Source of the DNA: Parcubacteria group bacterium Gr01-1014_3
GTDB taxonomy: Bacteria; Patescibacteriota; Minisyncoccia; UBA6257; WO2-44-18
Assembly (NCBI GenBank): GCA_007376445.1
Contig: VMGF01000002.1
Coordinates: forward strand, 167,928-231,927
DNA length: 64,000 nucleotides
Direction: 5' to 3'
Numbering within the stretch: position 1 is the stretch's first letter; each line of letters opens with the position of its first letter. This document shows, one piece after another, positions 33,667 to 43,519 of this stretch. The notes beneath the pieces were generated by a model. It made no database searches. It saw only the letters and a list, made by a program, of their open reading frames with translations, and was not told the origin of the DNA. Position numbers and translations under genes: made by a program.

Positions 33667-35541
33667 TTAAGCGGCCTTCGGGGGTTCTTGCTTACTATTC
33701 ATCGCCGACCCGATTTTTTGGATCTCAGCTGACAACTCCGAAACAGCCGCTTTAATTGCCTCGCTGTCCTGGCCATCTTTGACCGATTTTACTTTTTCGA
33801 TCTTGGCGGTGATAGCGTCTTGAATTTCTTTGGGAACTTTATCGCCCGCGTCTTTCAAGGATTTTTCGGAAACATAAACCAGCTGCTCGGCGTTGTTTTT
33901 TGACTCCACTAAATCTTTTTTCTTGCGGTCTTCATCGGCGTGCTTAGCCGCTTCGTTTTTTAATCGCTCGATCTCTTCCTTGGATAAATTCGTGGAAGCC
34001 TCGATGCGAACAGATTGCGTGCGGCCGGATGCTTTGTCTTTGGCAGAGACGCTCAAAATGCCGTTGGCATCAATATCAAAAGTAACTTCAACTTGCGGCG
34101 CGCCGCGCGGAGACGGAGGAATACCATCCAGAATAAATCTGGCTAAAGTTTTATTGTCGGAAGCCATCGAACGCTCACCCTGAAGAATATGGATCTCTAC
34201 TGAAGTTTGATTATCAGCCGCGGTTGAGAATACCTGACTCTTGGCAGTCGGAATGGTGGTATTTTTTTCGATCAGTTTGGTCATTACGCTTCCTAGGGTT
34301 TCAATACCAACCGAAAGCGGGGTAACATCGAGCAAAAGCACGTCTTTAACTTCACCTTCTGGTTTACGGCCTTCTTCTTTAGCCGACAGAATTTCTGCCT
34401 GAACCGCGGCGCCAATCGCCACTACTTCGTCCGGATTCACGCCGAGATGCGGCTCTTTGCCGAACATTTTTTTCACCGCTTCCTGTATCGCCGGCATACG
34501 AGTCTGCCCGCCAACCATAACGATCTCATTGATGTCAGAAATTTTAAATCCGGCGTCTTTCACCGTCTTTTGGGTAAGCTCGATCGAACGATCCAGCATA
34601 TCCTGAACCAAAGATTCCAATTTGGCGCGAGTCAGCTTCATCGCGAAGTGTTTCGGACCGGAAGCATCGGAGCTGATGTAAGGAATGCTGATCTCCGTCT
34701 CCAAGGACGCGGAAAGTTCATGTTTGGCGCGCTCAGCCGCCTCTTTCAGGCGCTGAACCGCGAGCATATCCTTACTGACATCAATACCCTCCTGTTTTTT
34801 GTACTCTGCGACTAAAAATTCATTTATCCGTTTATCAAAATCATCACCACCCAGGTGCGTATCGCCGCCAGTCGCGCGGACTTCGATAGTATTGTCGGCG
34901 ATCTCCAGTACGGATACATCAAAGGTACCGCCACCAAAATCATAAACGACGATCTTTTCATTCTTCGCTTTGTTTAAACCATAGGCCAACGCCGCCGCGG
35001 TCGGCTCGTTGATAATGCGATGTACTTTAAATCCAGCGATCTCACCGGCGTTTTTGGTGGCCTGACGCTGGCTGTCGTCAAAATATGCCGGCACAGTGAT
35101 CACGGCGCCATCGATCTTTTCACCAAGACGCGCCTCGGCGTCAGCTTTGAGTTTGGCAAGAACCATGGCGGAAATTTCTTCCGGCTTGTACCAGGTAGCC
35201 TGCCCTGAGACCCCCGAAGGGTCACCCATTTTCACATCCACGCCGCCGGTCGCGGATTCTTTGATGTCGTATGGCAGCCATTTCTTATCGCTCTGCACCT
35301 CCGCGTCGGAAAATTTGCGGCCGATCAGCCGCTTTACGGAATAAATAGTGTTCTTCGGATTTACGCCGCCCTGGCGTTTAGCCAAAAGCCCGGCAACACG
35401 TTCGTTGTTTTTAGTGATCGCCACGATCGAAGGCGTGGTGCGGTTGCCTTCGGAATTTTCTAAAATTCTCGGCGAACCAGCGTCCACTACCGCCACCGCG
35501 GAATTAGTTGTACCAAGATCAATACCAATTATTTTACTCAT
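33667..35541 (-). CDS. dnaK: Chaperone DnaK (Hsp70)
   Basis: [33 protein letters not shown]. Confidence 0.98.
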   Translation of the reverse strand: MSKIIGIDLGTTNSAVAVVDAGSPRILENSEGNRTTPSIVAITKNNERVAGLLAKRQGGVNPKNTIYSVKRLIGRKFSDAEVQSDKKWLPYDIKESATGGVDVKMGDPSGVSGQATWYKPEEISAMVLAKLKADAEARLGEKIDGAVITVPAYFDDSQRQATKNAGEIAGFKVHRIINEPTAAALAYGLNKAKNEKIVVYDFGGGTFDVSVLEIADNTIEVRATGGDTHLGGDDFDKRINEFLVAEYKKQEGIDVSKDMLAVQRLKEAAERAKHELSASLETEISIPYISSDASGPKHFAMKLTRAKLESLVQDMLDRSIELTQKTVKDAGFKISDINEIVMVGGQTRMPAIQEAVKKMFGKEPHLGVNPDEVVAIGAAVQAEILSAKEEGRKPEGEVKDVLLLDVTPLSVGIETLGSVMTKLIEKNTTIPTAKSQVFSTAADNQTSVEIHILQGERSMASDNKTLARFILDGIPPSPRGAPQVEVTFDIDANGILSVSAKDKASGRTQSVRIEASTNLSKEEIERLKNEAAKHADEDRKKKDLVESKNNAEQLVYVSEKSLKDAGDKVPKEIQDAITAKIEKVKSVKDGQDSEAIKAAVSELSAEIQKIGSAMNSKQEPPKAA

Positions 35542-35544
35542 GTG

Positions 35545-35659
35545 AAATTTATAATTTACAATTTTTAATTTTCATTCAATTTTCAATTTGTTAATTTTCA
35601 AGTTGTTTGTTTATTGGTACTTGTAAATTGATTGGAAATTGTTAATTGATAATTGAAAA
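35545..35659. repeat. AT-rich heptamer-periodic imperfect palindrome
   Basis: (TTTCAAT)n-like left arm and (ATTGAAA)n-like right arm. Confidence 0.65.
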
Positions 35660-36109
35660 TTATTTATTCTGACCTTTGCTTAATTTAATTCTTACTGGCT
35701 TTATAACCTTACCGTTCAGTATATACCCTTGTTCCAATACCTCGGCGATCGATCCTGGCGGATGATCGGATTCCATCTCGCCTACCGCTTCGTGAAAGGA
35801 TGGATCAAATGTTCCGCCAGCTTCCACTATCATCGCTTCCACTCCCTGACGCTTAAGCGTATCGGCGATCTGAGACCTTATCATATATATACCCTTATCC
35901 ACCGGTCCTTGTTTCTCCAGCGCCGCGATAGCCAGGTCAAAGTTATCCAATGAACCAACCAGGTCCTTAATAATAGAGATGTTGGCGAATTTAGCGAACT
36001 CTTCAAAACGTTTTTGCTCATCTTTCTGATAATTGATCAGATCAGCCTTGGCGCGCTTCCAGCCGTTGAGATATTCCTCTGTTAAATTTTCCGTCTTTTT
36101 ATCATCCAT
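35660..36109 (-). CDS. grpE: Nucleotide exchange factor GrpE
   Basis: RAKADLINY, LDNFDLA, FDP..HEA, GY.LNGKVI.P. Confidence 0.93.
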   Translation of the reverse strand: MDDKKTENLTEEYLNGWKRAKADLINYQKDEQKRFEEFAKFANISIIKDLVGSLDNFDLAIAALEKQGPVDKGIYMIRSQIADTLKRQGVEAMIVEAGGTFDPSFHEAVGEMESDHPPGSIAEVLEQGYILNGKVIKPVRIKLSKGQNK

Positions 36110-36215
36110 CTTGGTGATATTATAGCTAAGTTTGTAAGGTCCGTAAAGTCGAAAGTCAGCTAGAAAGCTTTATAGACTTTATGAACTTTATAGACTTTCT
36201 ACTATAATTAAGTAT

Positions 36216-37121
36216 ATGTGGATAACGAAGGGTAAGGCTAACTGGATCGACATTTTGAAGCCGACCAAGGCCGATATTGATTTCCTTAAAAAACAACACA
36301 AGTTCCATCCGATCATTCTCGACGAACTTTTGCATCTCTCCGCCCGCTCCCGGGTTGAGTTTTATCAGAGCTATCTTTTTTTAACTTATCACCTGCCGAT
36401 ATACGACCAGGAACTCAAAACTTCCCGCCGGGCGGAAATTGACTTTCTAATCACTAAAGACGAGATCATCACCGTCCACTATGAGGACCTGGAGCCGATC
36501 AGCACGTTCATGCGGACGATCAGCAATCAGCCCGCCATCAAAACTCGCGCCTTCGAAAGTTCGGAACGCCTCGCGTATTACCTGATCCAGGAGATCATTC
36601 ACTTTTCGATGCGACAGCTCCGGCATGTTGAAGAAAACATCCGGTATATTTCACAGGAAATATTCAAACATAAGGAAGCCGAAATGCTGCAAAAAATTTC
36701 CTACGCGAAACGCGACATCTTGGATTATGGCGTCATCAGCTCTCCCCAGGAAATTCTTTTGAATTCCCTATTGGAAGTCGGCACGAAATTCTGGGGACCC
36801 GAGCATCGGATCTATCTTTCCGATCTAGTTGGCGATCACTACAAGGTTACCCAGCACCTGGAAAACTACCGCCAGGTCATCGAATCGCTCGAAACCACGA
36901 ATGGCCAGCTCTTGAACGCTAAAACCAACCACGTCATGCAGCGTTTCACCATCTTCGCGTTTTTGGCTTTTCCGATCTCTTTGTTCTTCTCGCTCCTCTC
37001 GGTAAGTTTTATTGGTAACTTCATCCTTGCCTCACCAACGCGCTTTTGGGCTATCTTTATCGGTGTCGGCGCCCTGATCATTTCGCTGGTATTATTCTTT
37101 AGGAAAAAAGGATGGCTATAA
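36216..37121 (+). CDS. CorA-family divalent cation transporter (no canonical GMN motif)
   Basis: WIDI..P, FHP..LDE, RSRVE, N..M..FTI, two C-terminal TMs, F.KKGWL. Confidence 0.8.
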   Translation: MWITKGKANWIDILKPTKADIDFLKKQHKFHPIILDELLHLSARSRVEFYQSYLFLTYHLPIYDQELKTSRRAEIDFLITKDEIITVHYEDLEPISTFMRTISNQPAIKTRAFESSERLAYYLIQEIIHFSMRQLRHVEENIRYISQEIFKHKEAEMLQKISYAKRDILDYGVISSPQEILLNSLLEVGTKFWGPEHRIYLSDLVGDHYKVTQHLENYRQVIESLETTNGQLLNAKTNHVMQRFTIFAFLAFPISLFFSLLSVSFIGNFILASPTRFWAIFIGVGALIISLVLFFRKKGWL

Positions 37122-37248
37122 CCGCTTCGCGGCAAATTCCAAATGACAAATTTCAATTATCAAATAAATTCCGGGTCGTCCAGAATTTCGATCATTGATA
37201 TTTGGAGCTTATTTGTAATTTGGCGCTTGGAATTTGGAATTTTTAATT

Positions 37249-38712
37249 ATGCAAATCTTTAATTCTCTCTCTCAAACAAAAGAAAAACTCGAAGACGTGA
37301 TAACCGGCAAAAAAGTCCGGCTCTTCGTCTGCGGTCCCACGGTCTATCACGACGCGCACATCGGCAACGCCCGCACCTATATTTCTTTTGATATTATCGC
37401 CCGCTATCTCCGCTCGGCCGGTTTCAGAGTTTATTATCTCCAGAATATCACCGATATCGACGATAAGATCATCCGCCGCTCGGCCGCGGAAAACACTACC
37501 CCGCAAGCGCTCGCCAAAAAATATGAAAAGATCTATCACGAAGATGAGAAAAAGCTCGGAATCATCTCGGTCAATAAATACGCCCGGGCGACTTCCTATA
37601 TAAAGCAGATCGTGAAGCAGGTGCAGACCCTGATCGACAAAGGCCACGCCTACAAGATTGACGACGGATATTACTTCGACCTCTCCACTTTTCCGGATTA
37701 CGGCAAACTCGCCCGCCGGACGGTACTTCAGGCGGAAGATTCCACTTCGCGTATTGATGAGAATCCGAATAAAAAAAATCGGGGTGATTTCGTGCTGTGG
37801 AAATTTTCTTCCGCCCAAGGCGGATCCTCCTCCGGAGGAAAAGAAGGCGCCGCCCCTACCGGGGGCGAGCCTCGCCCTGAGGCAGGGCGGGAGCCATCTT
37901 GGAACACCAAGTTAGGCAGTGGACGGCCAGGCTGGCACATCGAAGACACGGCGATCACCGAGTATCAGTTCGGCCCACAGTATGATATTCACGGTGGCGC
38001 GATCGATCTGAAGTTCCCCCATCACGAAGCCGAGATCGCCCAACAGGAGGCCGCCTCCGGCAAAAAACCGATGGTGAAGATCTGGATGCACGCGGGCTTT
38101 TTAAATATCGGCGGAGAGAAGATGTCGAAGAGCTTTGGTGAATTCGTCACGATCCGGGAATTTTTAGAAAAACATTCCGCGCTAGTCTTGCGATTCATGG
38201 TGGCAAGTCACCACTACCGAGCGCCGATGGATTACTCTGAGGCGTTGCTCCGGCAATCCAAAAATACCTTACTCAATCTAATGGGTTTTCTGGGGAAGTT
38301 GGAGATGGCCCGAGGCTCCGCCAAAGCCTTGGCGGCGGAAGAGTTAGTAAAGAAAATGGCGGAGGAATTCCAAGCCGCCATGCAAGACGATTTCAATACG
38401 CCAGAAGCTCTCGCGGCAATATTTTCGCTGATCAATCAGTTCCAAAAATCTGTTTGGGAGCTGGATAAAAAATCAGCCAAGTTGATCACAAAATCCATCG
38501 TCAGCTCGCTTGAAGTCCTAGGGCTAGAGCTTCCGAAGGTCAAAATCCCCTCTCAAATCCAGAAAAAAGTGAAGGAGCGAGAGTTATACAGAGGAAATGC
38601 ACAATTTATCCCAGCAGACACTTTGCGGCAAGAAATAGAAGCGTTAGGATATACAGTAGACGACACACCCCGCGGACCATTAGTATTGCCGCGGGAAATA
38701 ACTAATTCCTAA
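37249..38712 (+). CDS. cysS: Cysteine--tRNA ligase
   Basis: CGPTVY, HIGNAR, NITDIDDKII, GRPGWHIE, KMSKS, DDFNTP. Confidence 0.97.
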   Translation: MQIFNSLSQTKEKLEDVITGKKVRLFVCGPTVYHDAHIGNARTYISFDIIARYLRSAGFRVYYLQNITDIDDKIIRRSAAENTTPQALAKKYEKIYHEDEKKLGIISVNKYARATSYIKQIVKQVQTLIDKGHAYKIDDGYYFDLSTFPDYGKLARRTVLQAEDSTSRIDENPNKKNRGDFVLWKFSSAQGGSSSGGKEGAAPTGGEPRPEAGREPSWNTKLGSGRPGWHIEDTAITEYQFGPQYDIHGGAIDLKFPHHEAEIAQQEAASGKKPMVKIWMHAGFLNIGGEKMSKSFGEFVTIREFLEKHSALVLRFMVASHHYRAPMDYSEALLRQSKNTLLNLMGFLGKLEMARGSAKALAAEELVKKMAEEFQAAMQDDFNTPEALAAIFSLINQFQKSVWELDKKSAKLITKSIVSSLEVLGLELPKVKIPSQIQKKVKERELYRGNAQFIPADTLRQEIEALGYTVDDTPRGPLVLPREITNS

Positions 38713-38811
38713 ATTGTTGAATTTTAAATTTTTAATTATAAATTTGAAATTAATTTAAAATTTCAAAATTTAAAATTGAAAATTACGCAAAGTTAGGTTA
38801 ATTAGAAATTT

Positions 38812-40164
38812 ATGGCCAAAAAGTTATTAAAGCTTCCACCGAGCAACGTCGAAGCGGAACAGTCCGTGATCGGCGCTTTAATGCTGGATAAAAACGCGAT
38901 CATCAACGTGGCGGACATTCTCCAGCCGGACGATTTTTATACGCCCGCCAACGCCAAGATCTATGAAACTATTCTGGAGCTTTACGCGAAAAGCCAGCCG
39001 ATCGATATTCTGAGCGTCAGTAATCGCCTCAAAGAAAAAGAGTATCTCCAAGACATTGGTGGCTCTACTTATGTTTCCAAACTCATTGACGGAGTTCCGA
39101 CAGCGTCGCATGTCGCCTACTACGCCAACCTGGTCAAAGAAAAGAAAATTATGCGTGATCTGATTCACGCCTCCGCCAAGATCACCGAAAAAGCTTTTGA
39201 TGTGTCGGGTAACCTGGATGAAACTTTAGACGAAATCGAACGATCGATCTTCGGCATCTCCCAGCGCGCCGTGCCGCAAAAATTCGTCCTGATCAAAGAT
39301 GAACTCCCTAAAGCCTACGAACGCGTGGAAAAACTGCATCGTGGTGAAAAAGCTCTCGGTGGTTTGGGCACCGGTTTCATCCAACTCGACAACATCACCT
39401 CCGGTCTCCGGCCATCCGATATGATCGTCATCGGCGCCCGGCCTTCGCTTGGTAAAACTTCCCTGGCGCTGGATATCGCCAGGCACGTGGCGCTCAATGA
39501 GAAAGTCCCGGTTGGTATATTCTCACTTGAAATGTCGCGTGATCAGCTGGTGGACCGCTTGCTCTCGGCCGTTTCCGGCGTGCCTCTCTGGAAACTCCGC
39601 ACCGGCCGCTTGAGCGATGAAGCCGATTTTGAGCTTCTTCAAGCTGGTTTGGACAAACTCTCCGGCGCCCCAATATTCATAGAAGACAACGCTTCGCCAA
39701 ATATCCTGGAGATGCGCTCCATGGCCCGTCGTCTGCAAGCCGAACACGGCCTCGGACTCCTGGTCATCGATTATCTTCAGCTCATCCAGCCCCGCACCAA
39801 GTCGGATAACGTAGTTCAGCAGGTCACCGAAGTCTCCCGCGGCATCAAGGGCCTGGCCCGTGAACTAAATATCCCGGTCATCGCTCTCTCTCAGCTATCC
39901 CGTAACGTCGAACAGCGCGAAACTGGTGTACCTCGGCTCGCCGACCTTCGTGAGTCCGGCTCTATCGAACAAGACAGCGATTTAGTTATGTTCATCTCCA
40001 GAAAAGACAAAACTAAAACCAATCTTCCGCCGGAAGAAGAAAACTGCGTTGAAATTCACATCGCTAAGCACCGCAACGGTCCGCTCGGTATGGTTAAGTT
40101 AAAATTCGATTCAGACAGAGTCAGCTTCCAGAATATCGACACGGCGCATACGAACGCTAGTTAA
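38812..40164 (+). CDS. dnaB: Replicative DNA helicase
   Basis: ARPSLGKT, SLEMS, IDYLQL, LSQLSR, LRESGSIEQD, KHRNGP. Confidence 0.97.
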   Translation: MAKKLLKLPPSNVEAEQSVIGALMLDKNAIINVADILQPDDFYTPANAKIYETILELYAKSQPIDILSVSNRLKEKEYLQDIGGSTYVSKLIDGVPTASHVAYYANLVKEKKIMRDLIHASAKITEKAFDVSGNLDETLDEIERSIFGISQRAVPQKFVLIKDELPKAYERVEKLHRGEKALGGLGTGFIQLDNITSGLRPSDMIVIGARPSLGKTSLALDIARHVALNEKVPVGIFSLEMSRDQLVDRLLSAVSGVPLWKLRTGRLSDEADFELLQAGLDKLSGAPIFIEDNASPNILEMRSMARRLQAEHGLGLLVIDYLQLIQPRTKSDNVVQQVTEVSRGIKGLARELNIPVIALSQLSRNVEQRETGVPRLADLRESGSIEQDSDLVMFISRKDKTKTNLPPEEENCVEIHIAKHRNGPLGMVKLKFDSDRVSFQNIDTAHTNAS

Positions 40165-40234
40165 AAGTCCATCAAGTCCGTAAGGTCCATAAAGCTTTAT
40201 AGACTTTAAGAACTTTCGACTTTAGACTAATCCT

Positions 40235-40813
40235 ATGCTTCCTGAACCCATAAAAAATCTAGTAGACCAGTTGGCGCAACTGCCGTCGATTGGGCCGCGC
40301 CAAGCTATCCGCCTAGCCTTTCATATTAAAAATCGTGGTGATAGCGCCGTGGAGCAGTTAGCTTCCTCGATAGCCGGACTGGCCAAGCTGAAGACTTGTC
40401 CGAGTTGCTTCTTGGTGCATGAAAGCGGAAATTCGGCGGGCCTCTGCCATATCTGCGATAATCCTCAGCGCGATCCGAAACTGGTAGCCGTGGTAGAAAA
40501 AGAGACCGATCTCATCTCGCTTGAACGAACCCAGAGGTATGGCGGGCGGTACTTGATCCTTGGCGAATTAAAAAAGGATGGCTCATTAAGCATTGAACAG
40601 AAAGCCAGGCTAGCCTCGATTAAAGATGCCGAAGAGATAATTTTAGGCATCAGCCCGACGACCTTCGGCGACCTGAATGTGGCCTTCATCAATCAGGAGT
40701 TAAAAAACTCCGCTAAAAAAATCACCCGCCTCGGCCGCGGCTTGCCGACCGGCGGCGAGATCGAATTCGCGGACGACGAAACTCTGGGAAGCGCTCTTGA
40801 AAATCGAAATTAG
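40235..40813 (+). CDS. recR: Recombination mediator RecR
   Basis: LPSIGPRQA.RLA, C4 zinc finger, VVE, TRLGRGLP.GGEIEFAD. Confidence 0.95.
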   Translation: MLPEPIKNLVDQLAQLPSIGPRQAIRLAFHIKNRGDSAVEQLASSIAGLAKLKTCPSCFLVHESGNSAGLCHICDNPQRDPKLVAVVEKETDLISLERTQRYGGRYLILGELKKDGSLSIEQKARLASIKDAEEIILGISPTTFGDLNVAFINQELKNSAKKITRLGRGLPTGGEIEFADDETLGSALENRN

Positions 40814-40839
40814 TTCTGGTATTATATCTTCAGTATTTT

Positions 40840-40907
40840 GGCTAAACCAAATTCGTTATGTGGCGAATTTGGTCGCCCGATCAAATCAGGGATTTGATTT
40901 AGGGAGG
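40840..40907 (+). promoter_or_regulatory. Repeated structured 5'-UTR motif, copy B
   Basis: Same motif as 12815-12882; promoter TTGAAA(40797)-17-TATTAT(40820) just upstream. Confidence 0.8.
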
Positions 40908-40912
40908 TGGCG

Positions 40913-41182
40913 ATGAACGCGAAGCGTCTGATCATGGGAGCGATTGCTGTTATCGGCCTCGCATTATCTTCAATAGGAATTTATGGCTACATTACGCACG
41001 ACAAGGTATTGGCCGATAATGTTGGTGTCTTAACTGGACTCGTGATTATGATGCTGGTGGCCATGTACTGGCCCAAGGTGGAAAAGCAGGCCTGTGGTGA
41101 CTGCGGATTCGAACACTGTAAATGTAATCCGCCGGCCAAAGAGGGAAAACCGGCCGAAGAGAAGAAGGACGAAAAGTGCTGA
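40913..41182 (+). CDS. Small two-TM protein with a Cys-rich tail
   Basis: Two hydrophobic helices, CGDCGFEHCKC; terminator at 41218-41245. Confidence 0.65.
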   Translation: MNAKRLIMGAIAVIGLALSSIGIYGYITHDKVLADNVGVLTGLVIMMLVAMYWPKVEKQACGDCGFEHCKCNPPAKEGKPAEEKKDEKC

Positions 41183-41245
41183 GGCGGACATAAGCCAGGC
41201 GCGTGACGCCCAGATTCAAAAAGTCCCCATTACGGGGACTTTTTT

Positions 41246-41557
41246 CTATTTAATACTGGTAATCTCTACTTCCGTGAAATACTGGCGGTGTCCTTTCTTT
41301 TTGCGCTGGCGGGTCTTGGAGTGATACTTGAAGACAATAAGCTTCTTGTGGCGGTTCTGGGTGATGACCTTCGCGTCTACTTTAGCACCGCTGACATAAG
41401 GAGCGCCGACTTTGACATCGTCGCCATCAGTAGTCATCAAAACTTTATCAAACACAATATTGCCGTTCACTTCGGCCTCCAATTTCTCAATTTTTAGTTT
41501 TTGACCGAGGGTTACAACGTATTGTTTACCACCCGTTTCTATAACTGCTAAATTCAT
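41246..41557 (-). CDS. rplU: 50S ribosomal protein L21
   Basis: AVIETGGKQY, GAPYV, KKGHRQ. Confidence 0.97.
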   Translation of the reverse strand: MNLAVIETGGKQYVVTLGQKLKIEKLEAEVNGNIVFDKVLMTTDGDDVKVGAPYVSGAKVDAKVITQNRHKKLIVFKYHSKTRQRKKKGHRQYFTEVEITSIK

Positions 41558-41672
41558 TTTATTATTTGATCAATGGTGTGATTACGAATATCGAATTTAT
41601 ACGAACAAGCGAATAAACGAATTACGAATTAACCATTCGATTATTCGTATATTCGTTCAGATTGGTTATTCG

Positions 41673-41987
41673 CTAATTAATGGATAGTATAACAGCCAGT
41701 ACGATCAAAAGCAAGAGCGCGATCAAGGTTGAAGAGAAATAAAATAATCTGGATAAAAATATATCCCGCGCGGAAAAAGCCTTTCCTAAACCAAGATTCA
41801 TTAGGACCATTCCAGAAACCAGGATCAGAATACCCAATACATCGCCCCGGTCGCCAAGCAGATCGATCCCCCGCTCGTTGCTAAAGTGGATCACCATAAT
41901 ATCCGCGCTGGAGCTCAAGAAATTAAAATAAAGTCCCCAAGAAATTGCCAGCAATATTAAACTCAAAGTCGCTATTATCTTTGCCAT
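41673..41987 (-). CDS. Small membrane protein
   Basis: Three TM segments, IHF...GID.LG. Confidence 0.65.
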   Translation of the reverse strand: MAKIIATLSLILLAISWGLYFNFLSSSADIMVIHFSNERGIDLLGDRGDVLGILILVSGMVLMNLGLGKAFSARDIFLSRLFYFSSTLIALLLLIVLAVILSIN

Positions 41988-42120
41988 CTACAGTTATTGG
42001 AATTCTTTTTCTTCATATAAATTTTATACTCCACCAATATACGAATCAAGCGCGAATATACTAATTCGTGAATCTGTATATTGGTATATTAGTGCTAGAT
42101 TGGTCATATTAGTGAAGTTT

Positions 42121-43398
42121 TTATAGTGTAAATGAAGCCGTTAAAGCTTCAAGCAACGACCGGTCCTGCTCGTTGATGTCTTCAGTCGGTGGCACCTCGA
42201 CTTTGAACGGATTCACATAACTCCCGAATTTATGCATTTCGTAATGAAGGTGCGGCCCCGTGGAAAGTCCGGTCGAGCCAACATAGCCAACCACCTGGCC
42301 CTGCTTCACATGCGCCCCTTTTCTGATGCCTTTTGGTAGGGCTGAAAAATGGCCGTAGCGGGTGGTATAGGTGTCGTTGTGGCGGACAGTCACCGAGAGC
42401 CCATAGTAGCCATTCCAACCGGCCTGCGTGACCGTGCCATCGCCCACCGAGACGGCCGGAGTGCCGGTGTTAGCCACGTAATCTATGCCACGATGCGGAG
42501 ATACCTTTTTGGTGATCGGATTGAGTCTGGCGCCGGTATAGCCGGAGCTGATGTATTTATATTGAAGCGGAGATTTTAAGAAAATTTTCTGAAGCGATTT
42601 CCCTTTTTCGTCATAATATCCAATCTTAGTATTCGGGCCTTCAAATAAATAACCGTTGAAAGTTTCGCCATCATTAATAAACTGGGCTGCTAAGATCCGG
42701 CCGGGCATTGCATACTCGCCATCCAGATACCGATCTTCATGAATTACCTTGAAAGAATCACCGCTCCGGATATCGGCTGCAAAATCCACCTGCCAGGCAA
42801 AGACTTCGGCGACCGCGAGCGCCAGGCGCTGATCAAAGCCTGAGCCGACCATGGTCTCATAAAGTGAAGTCTCGATCGTGCCGCTGGCTTCGCTGATCTT
42901 TACCTCATACGGAATATCGGCGACTTCCACCAACCAGCCCACCGCGGCAGGCAAGCCTGCCTGCCGGTAGGCATGGCTCGGTGGCGAGACCAGACCTTCT
43001 TCGGCTTCTAAAACCTGCGCTGTTAAATTGGCGCCATCCGGTGAAGAAGTCGCTACCCAGATGGTCAACTGTCTTTCGGTATCAATTTTATAAATCAACT
43101 TCTCAAAGATCGCGCCGGTGTGATCATATTGGAAAATTGCCTCGCGACCGGCGATGATGGTCGCGAAATCATAAACCGGTTTAGCCGCCGCCAGAATTTC
43201 AGAAGCCGTGCCAGTGGAAAAACCCTGACCGGTCATAAAGCTGATAAAGGTGGCACCGGCCGGGACTTTAGAGCGGATAATTACCTTGGACGGTTCAGGT
43301 TTGATAAAAAGTTTTTCTATCCCGCCGGTCAGGCCAGAAACGACCGCGAGAATCCCGAAAATGGCCAATCCCGCCGGAATTATTAGCTTTCTTGACAT
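42121..43398 (-). CDS. M23 family peptidoglycan endopeptidase (MepM/OapA-like)
   Basis: HRGIDY, YGH, STGPHLHYE. Confidence 0.92.
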   Translation of the reverse strand: MSRKLIIPAGLAIFGILAVVSGLTGGIEKLFIKPEPSKVIIRSKVPAGATFISFMTGQGFSTGTASEILAAAKPVYDFATIIAGREAIFQYDHTGAIFEKLIYKIDTERQLTIWVATSSPDGANLTAQVLEAEEGLVSPPSHAYRQAGLPAAVGWLVEVADIPYEVKISEASGTIETSLYETMVGSGFDQRLALAVAEVFAWQVDFAADIRSGDSFKVIHEDRYLDGEYAMPGRILAAQFINDGETFNGYLFEGPNTKIGYYDEKGKSLQKIFLKSPLQYKYISSGYTGARLNPITKKVSPHRGIDYVANTGTPAVSVGDGTVTQAGWNGYYGLSVTVRHNDTYTTRYGHFSALPKGIRKGAHVKQGQVVGYVGSTGLSTGPHLHYEMHKFGSYVNPFKVEVPPTEDINEQDRSLLEALTASFTL

Positions 43399-43519
43399 TG
43401 AGAAAATAATATGCTATAATTTAACCAGTATCTTTTATATGTGTGGAGGCGCAAGCCGACGCCAAAGGCGGGCAAGCCTTCACACCAAAGCTCGGCAGAT
43501 ATGCTGAATTTTGGTGTGA

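Noticed and set aside
41580-41672. Possible CRISPR array in the periodic repeats
   Set aside because: Units are 7-9 nt and degenerate, with no unique spacers and no cas genes.
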